Shown one piece after another: positions 16,716 through 24,190 of a stretch of DNA of 27,765 nt (the first letter of the stretch is position 1; every line of letters begins with the position of its first letter). The notes beneath the pieces are model-generated. The model was not told the origin of the DNA and searched no databases. It saw nothing but the letters and a program-made list of their open reading frames with translations. Source of the stretch: a virus (lineage: Duplodnaviria; Caudoviricetes); IMG/VR virus record IMGVR_UViG_3300030376_006457, positions 1 to 27,765 of that record. The stretch is one strand, 5' to 3'. A program made the translations under genes and the position numbers.

Positions 16716-18001
16716 TAATCTTTAGATAGGAAAGAATCTCGTACCAAAGTCAAACCTGTAAAGTCACCTGTAGGATTACCAACTTCATGTGATAATTGAG
16801 CAATCATATACTTACCAGAAGCGGAGTTTCGCTTATCTGATTCTTCATTATTTAGTTCTGGAAACTCAAGTTCAATCATGGTACCTACCCTAAGGGATAG
16901 ATTCATAGGTATTGTAACATCTAATGTCTGAGAAAACAATGATGAATACCTCGAATGTGCTTGAGCCTGGAATTGTGCCTGATCTTGTGGAGTATTAGTC
17001 TCCTTTCCATCCTCCTTTGGTGTCATAGCACCCTGATCAGTTACACCAACTATAATCCTAGAATAAAAATCAGTAAAATCAGTTGGTATAACTTCCTCAT
17101 CATTCGCTTTTTTCTGATGTTTCTTTATAGACTCTTCATAAGAAAAGTCAGCAAATAATGGTTTCTTGGTTACCAAATCAAAATACCAGTTAGCAGTTTT
17201 ATATGCACCTACTCTTAGTTTTTTGATTATATCATGACTTTCATCCCAATTAGGTTCTCCAACTATTTTGAAATTATTTTTCTCAGGATCCAATTCCTTT
17301 CTATCAGCAGTTAGAATATACTTCTCCTCAAAAGGTTCACTCAATAATATTGTATCTATACTTTCAAACCTAAATCCATCTAATGTTTCATAGAATAAAA
17401 ATCCAGAAGATCCTTTCTTTACACTATCACCATCAGATTTCTCAGGAATAGACTTACGACATAAATCCATCACTGTCTTTAGTGGTTTTCTATAGTTACC
17501 AACAAACTCATAATCATTTTTAGTTTTCTCTGTGAAAATCCTATCCTTCTTTATTTTCAACTTATCTTTCAGAATCTTTTCTACACTATTTGCTATATTA
17601 CCCTTATACTTTTCCCATACCCTAGTAGTATGATTAGATACTGCATGTTTTGTCTCAAGAACTAAATCATATATTTCCCTTTTAGGATCAGACATAATAT
17701 TCATTATGTTTGTTATAACAAGAGGTTCTTCCTTTACATCAAACTCTATACCATCCTCACTACTTGGATGAGATAACTTAATATTTACTGCAGCACCACT
17801 TCTTATTGGTAATTTATTGAGAAATCCAAAAGTATCCGAACACTGAATGGTCACATGAACAGAAGGATCAAATACATCCTCATAATACTTGAAGAATGTT
17901 ATCTGACCTAACATATTCAGAAAATCACCTTCTTTGTCTATTGGAACTACATCAAAGCGTTCAATTTTAGTTCCTTTTGTCCAAAGCTTCTTTTTATTCA
18001 T
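16715..18001 (-). CDS. Baseplate hub protein, gp27-like, 428 aa
   Basis: YYEDVFDP, GFLFYETLDGFRFESID and NLSLRVG..SGKYMIAQLSHEV..LTLVRDS motifs; sits between the tape-measure-like genes and gp5. Confidence 0.75.
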   Translation of the reverse strand: MNKKKLWTKGTKIERFDVVPIDKEGDFLNMLGQITFFKYYEDVFDPSVHVTIQCSDTFGFLNKLPIRSGAAVNIKLSHPSSEDGIEFDVKEEPLVITNIMNIMSDPKREIYDLVLETKHAVSNHTTRVWEKYKGNIANSVEKILKDKLKIKKDRIFTEKTKNDYEFVGNYRKPLKTVMDLCRKSIPEKSDGDSVKKGSSGFLFYETLDGFRFESIDTILLSEPFEEKYILTADRKELDPEKNNFKIVGEPNWDESHDIIKKLRVGAYKTANWYFDLVTKKPLFADFSYEESIKKHQKKANDEEVIPTDFTDFYSRIIVGVTDQGAMTPKEDGKETNTPQDQAQFQAQAHSRYSSLFSQTLDVTIPMNLSLRVGTMIELEFPELNNEESDKRNSASGKYMIAQLSHEVGNPTGDFTGLTLVRDSFLSKD

Positions 18002-19654
18002 TTATACTGTTAATAAGCTTGTGAACTGTGCATATTTAGCGAGGCTTGTGTACACATCAGGAGTTGCACGTACTGGAGTTGAACTTTCACCACCACTTCC
18101 CATACTGATAGGAACTTTCTGTATAGTACCACCATTATTGATAACCAATACCTTTTGCCTACCAGAACCAGGAACAATTACACCATCTTGACCAGGAATG
18201 AATATTTCTGGTTCAATCTCACCTATAACAACTGGTTCCCCTGCAGATACTTCACCACCATCTTGGAGACCTCTCATTTTTGATATTCCACCAGAAGCAC
18301 TTGGATTAGGTATATCTGTTATACTTTTTTGAATACCCCTACCAAAGTTAGGTTCCAAAGTTTTCTTACCCAATCCCAACATCTCTGCCAATCTTTCTTT
18401 AGTAACGAACTCACCAACTTCTTTGAACTTTGCCTCACCTTCTCTAATTTGATTATTGATTGTAACTTGGTCTTTATCAATCTTGAATTTCTTATTGATT
18501 TTCTTTGGTGTCCTATTAATTATTTTTGGAGTAGTAACAGGTCTTGTATAAATCTTGGGCGAGGTGCGTTTTATAAATGAAAGTTTCTTCAACCAAGGTG
18601 CTTTCAAAAATGCCTGTCTAGCAGCTAAACCAAGAGCAGTTTCACTCAAAGGACCATCAAAAATATTGACAAGACCAACAACTGCTAGTGTTGCTAATCC
18701 AACCCCTAAAGCAGTATAACCAATATTATCAACCCAACCTCTCCATCTTGGTTTCCTTCTTCCAACAGGTAGAATGTCATCTAAACCTGGACCAACCTCA
18801 TCATCTACTTCATCCCTAAACCCTAATAATATACCTGACCTACCAAATTTGGCAAATTTATCTAATACCCTATCAAACTTATCCAATGCCTCAGAAAAAG
18901 AAGTTTTTGCACCAATTGACACAGTTCTCTTTGTCTCAAATTCTCTTCTTCTATTAGCACCTGTGAAGAAATCAGCAATACCACTACCTGCCATACCACC
19001 TATTATACTACCACCAGCAAATCCTATAGCACCACCAATAGCAGTACCGATACCTGGTCCAAAAAATGTACCAATAGTTGCACCTATCTTTGCACCTGCT
19101 GCACCACCTGCTAATGCACCTGCCAATCCTCCACCTGCACCAACAGTAGCCTGTGTAAGATTTTGACCGTCTCCTAATCTAGAACCAAAATCTAAAGCAG
19201 TAAATGCAACAGCAAGTGGACCTACCCTTGCACCCCTAAGAGCATTACCACCACCAGTTATTCTTGCACCTCCACCTAACCTAGGTAATCTAAATCTACC
19301 ACCTCCAGTTATTTTTGGTCCTCTACCAGGTAATCTAGGAAATTTAGGACCACCTCCACGACCACCAGTTACAAGTCCTCCTCCACCACCGAGGAACCTT
19401 CTTGCCATTCTTAGACCTCTTATCCCTAAAGCACCACCTAATAAACCACTACCAACACCAGCCCCTTTACCATCTCCACGACCTCTAGCAGCAAGAGCAG
19501 TATATGCTATTTTCCTTTCTTTTACTAATTTCTTTTTAAGTTCTAGTGACTGTCTTTCTAAAGTTCTAGAGACAGCAAAAGATCCCTTCATATCTGCAAC
19601 AAGTGCAGAAGAGACTTTTTTATTTCTTGCTATTACTTGAACTAATGCCATCAA
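18002..19654 (-). CDS. Tape-measure-like / hub-associated protein, 550 aa
   Basis: Basic helical N-terminus, RGG-rich region, glycine-zipper segment (GGLAGALAGGAAGAKIGATIG..GPGIGTAIGG), and C-terminal GGEVSAGEPVVIGEIEPEIFIP..G.IVP motif typical of tape measure proteins. Confidence 0.65.
   Translation of the reverse strand: MMALVQVIARNKKVSSALVADMKGSFAVSRTLERQSLELKKKLVKERKIAYTALAARGRGDGKGAGVGSGLLGGALGIRGLRMARRFLGGGGGLVTGGRGGGPKFPRLPGRGPKITGGGRFRLPRLGGGARITGGGNALRGARVGPLAVAFTALDFGSRLGDGQNLTQATVGAGGGLAGALAGGAAGAKIGATIGTFFGPGIGTAIGGAIGFAGGSIIGGMAGSGIADFFTGANRRREFETKRTVSIGAKTSFSEALDKFDRVLDKFAKFGRSGILLGFRDEVDDEVGPGLDDILPVGRRKPRWRGWVDNIGYTALGVGLATLAVVGLVNIFDGPLSETALGLAARQAFLKAPWLKKLSFIKRTSPKIYTRPVTTPKIINRTPKKINKKFKIDKDQVTINNQIREGEAKFKEVGEFVTKERLAEMLGLGKKTLEPNFGRGIQKSITDIPNPSASGGISKMRGLQDGGEVSAGEPVVIGEIEPEIFIPGQDGVIVPGSGRQKVLVINNGGTIQKVPISMGSGGESSTPVRATPDVYTSLAKYAQFTSLLTV
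18033..18039 (-). promoter_or_regulatory. Possible internal late promoter CTAAATA
   Basis: Plus strand TATTTAG 32 nt upstream of ATG 18001, similar spacing to the other late promoters, but inside a CDS. Confidence 0.4.
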
Positions 19655-21258
19655 TCTGCTCTATAAGTTGTGTAGTTTCTGATTGATGAAGAATGATCAA
19701 ATTTGTCAATTGCTGTACCACTATTGACTCTATATCGAGTATTCACATTTACCTGAACCTGTCCATCACCAGGTGCAGGTACGTTTGAACCACCATCTGA
19801 ACCTTGTTCTGGTTGATTATTGACTACATTTACATCATCACTACTCATCCCACTCTTAGCTGACTCAGATTCATTACGATTACCCTTGAACCAATTTCTA
19901 GGATCAAGTTTACTCATCCAACCTTCTCCCTTCATTATTTTTTTATCATTATCTATTGACCCACCCTCCAAATCAATACTACCCATAGGTGAAGTTTTAG
20001 GATCTGCACCACCCACAAATCCAGAACTACCTTCTGCTTTTGAACTATCTAAAATATTAACTTCAGGCGAAGATGTTTGTCTTGATGAGGGTATTGCTTC
20101 ACTCGTAGGTTCTACTGAACTTACTCCACTACTTGCATTGTTAGAAGATAATAATGGAGATACTGATGATGTATCATCACTAAACATAGATGGCATTATA
20201 TTAGATTTTCCACCTGCATTGTTTATTATTTCATTCTTTTCAGCTTCGGTTGGTGTTACTATAGTTTTAGATCCAGGAGTATTAGTTGTTCCACTCTCAG
20301 TAGTCTCAACAGATGGTGGTACTATGATTGAAGATGGACTAATTGAATTTGCTGCTTGTGCTTCACCTGATCCAAATCCTTCCCAATCATCCTTTTGAGT
20401 TGCTTCAGATACCTCTTCATTTAACTGTTGATCACCTGCTGGACCTAAAGCACCACTTGGAGCATTCGTTTTACCCTTTTTAGTTTGACCTATCGGAGTT
20501 GGACCTGACATCATACCATCAAGTATAGATTCAAACCTATTCAATTGTACCTTAAATCTAATAACATCAGGTTCATTAATAGTGTTTACACCTGCTATTG
20601 TTTGTTGTGCACCTTCTTGTCTTCTTGTATCAGCATTACCACCACCAAATAACTTACTTCCTAATAGACTTGCTGCTATTATAGCAGCAGTTATAATACC
20701 ACCTTTACCACCCATACCTCTCATACCTCCTCTACCTATGCCGCCACGAGGAACTCCAGCACCACGATTACCACCACCTGCAATTGAATTCAATCCAAGT
20801 ATTCCTACTATACCACTTATAATCTCAGGTAATAGTAAACCTACTGCAGCACTCGTTGCTTGTAATGTTCCACCTAAATCACCATCACCTGCCTCTTTTA
20901 ATGCTAAGGCACCTGATAATAATGCTAAGTTCTTACGTCCATCAAATAATGCAGCAGTCTTGAATAGATTTGTATTCTCTAAGTCTTCCTTTAATATCTT
21001 TGTCTCTTGCTTATAATATTTTCTTCTATCACGTAAATCTTGTTGTATTTCAGACCTCATGGTCCTCATACTACCATTCAATCTTTCAAATTCTAATATT
21101 ATACGTCCAAGTTGTCTAACCTGAGTTCTACCTAATTGTTCTCCTACTGCCTTTTCCTCAGTACGCTCAATCAAACTCGTATAAGCCTTATCCATCCTCT
21201 CTCCAATAGGAGAGAACATAGGAGTTTGAGATTGTACTAATCTACCAGGCGTTTGCAT
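19651..21258 (-). CDS. Tape-measure-like protein, 535 aa
   Basis: Coiled-coil-like N-terminus, hydrophobic/Gly-rich helices and a long Ser/Thr/Pro low-complexity tail; directly downstream of gp26/gp51. Confidence 0.55.
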   Translation of the reverse strand: MQTPGRLVQSQTPMFSPIGERMDKAYTSLIERTEEKAVGEQLGRTQVRQLGRIILEFERLNGSMRTMRSEIQQDLRDRRKYYKQETKILKEDLENTNLFKTAALFDGRKNLALLSGALALKEAGDGDLGGTLQATSAAVGLLLPEIISGIVGILGLNSIAGGGNRGAGVPRGGIGRGGMRGMGGKGGIITAAIIAASLLGSKLFGGGNADTRRQEGAQQTIAGVNTINEPDVIRFKVQLNRFESILDGMMSGPTPIGQTKKGKTNAPSGALGPAGDQQLNEEVSEATQKDDWEGFGSGEAQAANSISPSSIIVPPSVETTESGTTNTPGSKTIVTPTEAEKNEIINNAGGKSNIMPSMFSDDTSSVSPLLSSNNASSGVSSVEPTSEAIPSSRQTSSPEVNILDSSKAEGSSGFVGGADPKTSPMGSIDLEGGSIDNDKKIMKGEGWMSKLDPRNWFKGNRNESESAKSGMSSDDVNVVNNQPEQGSDGGSNVPAPGDGQVQVNVNTRYRVNSGTAIDKFDHSSSIRNYTTYRAD

Positions 21259-21439
21259 TAGCTGCTTCTGCTTGTTTTGCTTCTAGTTTTTGTTTCTCAA
21301 GATACTTGAGCAAATAATTTACGTAAATTTCCTTTTCCCAAGGGATTAGATTTTCTATATCAGTTAAACTCCACTTATGATGTTGCATCAAAGCAAAGTT
21401 AGTCTCCATAGTATTGTCTATGGTAGTATGATATAGCAT
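21242..21439 (-). CDS. gp51: Baseplate hub assembly catalyst gp51-like, 65 aa (possibly also the -1 frame extension of gp26)
   Basis: TNFALMQHHKWSLTDIENLIPWEKEIYVNYL is the gp51-family motif. Confidence 0.85.
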   Translation of the reverse strand: MLYHTTIDNTMETNFALMQHHKWSLTDIENLIPWEKEIYVNYLLKYLEKQKLEAKQAEAANANAW

Positions 21440-22170
21440 TATGCGAAAAAATTTGCCAGTCCCTCAACTACAACATCATTTTCAACATCAGTGTTAGGAT
21501 TCAAAACCTTTGACTTATACTGCAACTTGGGCATAGTTTCAAAGAATTTTTCAATCTTACCAAACTGCTGTGAGTTCAACTGTTCTATAAACTTTATAAG
21601 TTCCTTTTCAGTTGAATCAGATGCTGACCATGATTCTTCAGTTGTATAAATCTGATCAATACAATCAATAACTGCTTTGAACGCTAGATCAATCCTTTCT
21701 TGATTATTACCTGCTTCTGAAACTAAGAAATTACTTTCTAAAAATTGCTTCAGTGAAGGGTATTTCATCTTTATTGATAGATCATTACCCAAATCAATAG
21801 TATCTGTATGACCATCAGGAACATGTAATTTTATATCAGACAAAGAAACCGTTACAGGTACTTTAGTCTCACCATCATCCTGACATGTTACATTAAGTTC
21901 AACAGTTTCACCTATTGACTTACCTCTAACATTCAAAAACAAATATTCTAATTCAAAACTAGGTAAATCTTCAACTTTTACACCACGAGTGATAATACAT
22001 GCTTTTAGTACTTCTTTTAGAGTAGCACTAATATCCTTATCTGTTCCATTTTCTAGTACAATCAACAATGCCTTTTCTTCTTTTACAAGGAATGGTCTAT
22101 ATTTGATTGTCTTTCCAGTTGATAACAGTTTCAGTTCAAACGTAGGTGCAGTGACCTTTGGTAATGGCAT
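21439..22170 (-). CDS. gp26: Baseplate hub subunit/assembly chaperone gp26-like (start corrected to MPLPK at 22170), 243 aa
   Basis: MPLPKVTAPTFELKL..GKTIKYRPFLVKEEKALL..LEYLFLNVRGKSIGE..KFFETMPKL..GLANFF; late promoter 21 nt upstream of this ATG. Confidence 0.9.
   Translation of the reverse strand: MPLPKVTAPTFELKLLSTGKTIKYRPFLVKEEKALLIVLENGTDKDISATLKEVLKACIITRGVKVEDLPSFELEYLFLNVRGKSIGETVELNVTCQDDGETKVPVTVSLSDIKLHVPDGHTDTIDLGNDLSIKMKYPSLKQFLESNFLVSEAGNNQERIDLAFKAVIDCIDQIYTTEESWSASDSTEKELIKFIEQLNSQQFGKIEKFFETMPKLQYKSKVLNPNTDVENDVVVEGLANFFA
21445..21451 (-). other. Candidate -1 programmed frameshift heptamer T_TTT_TTC
   Basis: Minus strand GCA AA[T TTT TTC] GCA TAA TG; correct X_XXY_YYZ phase; the -1 frame is the gp51 frame. 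Confidence 0.55.
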
Positions 22171-22189
22171 AGTAAAATATTCAGTAGCT

Positions 22190-23329
22190 TTATTTAGCAA
22201 GCATATCTACATCTATTTTAGCATAATTTACACCAAGATATCCATTTGGCATAGTAACTACTGCTTCTGGTATTATATTAATAATTTCTTGAGCCATAAC
22301 ACCACTATATCGAGGAGAACCCCAAATATAATTCCACTCGTATATATTAAGACCTGATGGAGATCTACCTACTTTAACAATATTCTCCTTCAATCTTATA
22401 TCACTACTTCCACTCCAGTGATGAACACCTAAACCTACGTTAGGCATATTCTGCCACCAAGGTGTCTTCTTAGTATTATCATCCTGACTTGGAGTTGGTA
22501 ATACAGGTCTTTCACTTTCAGTAAATCCTCCACCTTTTCCAGCACCAGTGTAAATTGGTGGCATCTGTCCTTGTGGTGTAGATGCTACTCCACCTCCAGA
22601 TCTAGATGATCTTAGTATATGGTACATATCATAAGCAAAAGTAATTGTAGTTTTTACAAGTTCTGCTTTACCATATGCTAAAGGTGCTGCAACTATATTT
22701 ACAGGGAATGCATTTGTAATATGATATGTAATACTACTTGGTTTTTGTTGAGAAAATGCACCATGTCGTGTCAATCTATTATTTCTATCAGTAGTACCTT
22801 TACTAAATGCAGTAACCTGCATATCAACCTTATAAGTTGATGGATAGTTCAATTTCCTATAAGATCCAGTCCGACTATCATCAAAAACATTTATATCTGG
22901 AGAAATAAACTCCATCCATGAATTGAATACATCATTAGTATAATAATCTTTCTGAGAATACCAAGTTAGTATAATTTCAGGAAACTGTCTATAAGCAGCA
23001 AACTTTTGATTTATACCCTGTCTTATTCCCTGCTTCTGAAAAACATCCAAACGTGATCCTGGAAGAACCGCTTCTGAACAAAATAATGCTAGATATTGTC
23101 CAGCATCTGCTAGACCTTTTTCATCCTTATAAAACGATCTGTCAGAAATATAACCCTTCAGAGAACCTGAAGAAGCAGTTGATAGATTAAACGATACATC
23201 ATAATTATTATTAAACGCAGGTGTTATATTACCAAACTTAGAGACTACTTCATAAAGTTCTTGAGTTGGTAAAAATTGCCTGTTTTGAGCAAAAGTCCAT
23301 ACTGATTTTTGCTTTGAACTTACAGCCAC
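22190..23329 (-). CDS. Tail tube-family protein (gp54/gp19-like tube initiator) with C-terminal Peptidase_S74-like chaperone; likely GTG start at 23329
   Basis: LFCSEAVLPG..FAAYRQF..LTWY..FNSWMEFI..YP..YK..NAFPVNI...LAYG..LVKTTITFAY is the tube-fold signature; ends SDIRLKENI..G..IYEWNY..GVMAQEI..PEAV..GYLGVNY. The track start at 23371 overlaps gp4. Confidence 0.8.
   Translation of the reverse strand: MAVSSKQKSVWTFAQNRQFLPTQELYEVVSKFGNITPAFNNNYDVSFNLSTASSGSLKGYISDRSFYKDEKGLADAGQYLALFCSEAVLPGSRLDVFQKQGIRQGINQKFAAYRQFPEIILTWYSQKDYYTNDVFNSWMEFISPDINVFDDSRTGSYRKLNYPSTYKVDMQVTAFSKGTTDRNNRLTRHGAFSQQKPSSITYHITNAFPVNIVAAPLAYGKAELVKTTITFAYDMYHILRSSRSGGGVASTPQGQMPPIYTGAGKGGGFTESERPVLPTPSQDDNTKKTPWWQNMPNVGLGVHHWSGSSDIRLKENIVKVGRSPSGLNIYEWNYIWGSPRYSGVMAQEIINIIPEAVVTMPNGYLGVNYAKIDVDMLAK
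22191..22197 (-). promoter_or_regulatory. Late promoter variant CTAAATA
   Basis: Plus strand TATTTAG overlapping the upstream gene's stop, 21 nt before the gp26 ATG. Confidence 0.6.
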
Positions 23330-23336
23330 AACAATC

Positions 23337-23343
23337 CTAAATA
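23337..23343 (+). promoter_or_regulatory. Late promoter variant CTAAATA
   Basis: In the divergent intergenic gap, 21 nt before the gp4 ATG at 23365. Confidence 0.65.
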
Positions 23344-23364
23344 CAAGATGCGTACATACTATGT

Positions 23365-23799
23365 ATGTCATATAAAGGTAAGTTTAAACCAATTAATAGA
23401 AAAAAGTATAAAGGTGACCCAAGAGAGATCATTTATAGATCACTTTGGGAACTAAAGTTTATGAATTACTGTGATAGTAACAAAAATATTATCAAATGGT
23501 CATCTGAGGAAGTAATAATACCTTATAGATGCCCTACTGACAATAGAGTCCATAGATACTTCCCAGATTTTTATATCAAATATAAAGATTCTAAAGGAAA
23601 ATTGCATGAGAAAATAATAGAAATAAAGCCAGCAAAACAAGTAAAAGAACCAAAAATACAAAAAACAAGAACTAGAAAATACGTAACCGAGGTTATGACT
23701 TACGCTAAAAATACTGCAAAATGGGTAGCAGCAGAGGAATTCTGTAAAGACAGAAAATGGGAATTCCAAATAATGACGGAGAAAGAACTTGGAATTTAG
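23365..23799 (+). CDS. gp4: Head completion protein gp4 (TnsA-like PD-(D/E)xK nuclease fold), 144 aa
   Basis: YKGKFKP.N..KYKGDP..IIYRSLWE..FM.YCD..WSSEE..IPY..HRYFPDF..IEIKP..N.AKW.AA. Confidence 0.92.
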   Translation: MSYKGKFKPINRKKYKGDPREIIYRSLWELKFMNYCDSNKNIIKWSSEEVIIPYRCPTDNRVHRYFPDFYIKYKDSKGKLHEKIIEIKPAKQVKEPKIQKTRTRKYVTEVMTYAKNTAKWVAAEEFCKDRKWEFQIMTEKELGI

Positions 23800-24190
23800 A
23801 AATACCTTCCCTAAATCAAAAACTGTAGGTACTCCCATACCTGGACACTTGATGTTATTCCAGTATGGAGCAAAAACTGCCGAGAAACTAAGATTTTATG
23901 ATAGAAATCCGTTATGTTATGTTATCGCATCTCAAGGACCAGCATTTTGGGGTGTAAACCTTCATTATTATGCTCCAGATGAAAGAGAAATGATTGCTGA
24001 GTGGGTAGATGAAGCCAATCCAGCAGAACTTCCTAAGGGATACCATAAATACCTAAAATCCTATGTGCAAACACTCTTTTTGGATATTGCGATGGAAGAA
24101 TGGGAAACCGCCTTTAATTTACCTATTGAAGAGTTCGTAAGAGATCTTGGAAGTATTGAAATACCTATTAGTACTAGGGGAATACACTAA
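23789..24190 (+). CDS. gp2: DNA end protector protein gp2-like, 133 aa
   Basis: PGHLMLFQYGAKT..LRFYDRNPL..FWGVNLHY..HKYL motif; adjacent to gp4 as in T4-like phages. Confidence 0.75.
   Translation: MEFRNTFPKSKTVGTPIPGHLMLFQYGAKTAEKLRFYDRNPLCYVIASQGPAFWGVNLHYYAPDEREMIAEWVDEANPAELPKGYHKYLKSYVQTLFLDIAMEEWETAFNLPIEEFVRDLGSIEIPISTRGIH

Noticed and set aside
16725-16755. TTGACT upstream of cp12 as an early promoter
   Set aside because: No acceptable -10 hexamer at 16-18 nt spacing.
22171-22200. Track start of gp26 at 22200 (and of the tube gene at 23371)
   Set aside because: Both extensions overlap neighbouring genes and late promoters; MPLPK at 22170 and GTG at 23329 fit better.
619-22357. Many plus-strand ORFs of 60-190 aa in the track (e.g. 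619-975, 4289-4669, 18774-19166, 19820-20398)
   Set aside because: Antisense shadows of long, motif-supported minus-strand genes; no recognisable motifs, RBS or promoters.
23365-23799. TnsA-like nuclease as a sign of a Tn7 transposon or homing endonuclease
   Set aside because: Sequence and synteny (next to gp2, gp48, gp53) identify the core T4 gp4; no transposon ends or partner genes.
24045-24051. ATAAATA inside gp2 as a late promoter for gp48
   Set aside because: About 140 nt from the ATG and explained by the HKYL codons; cannot be supported without TSS data.
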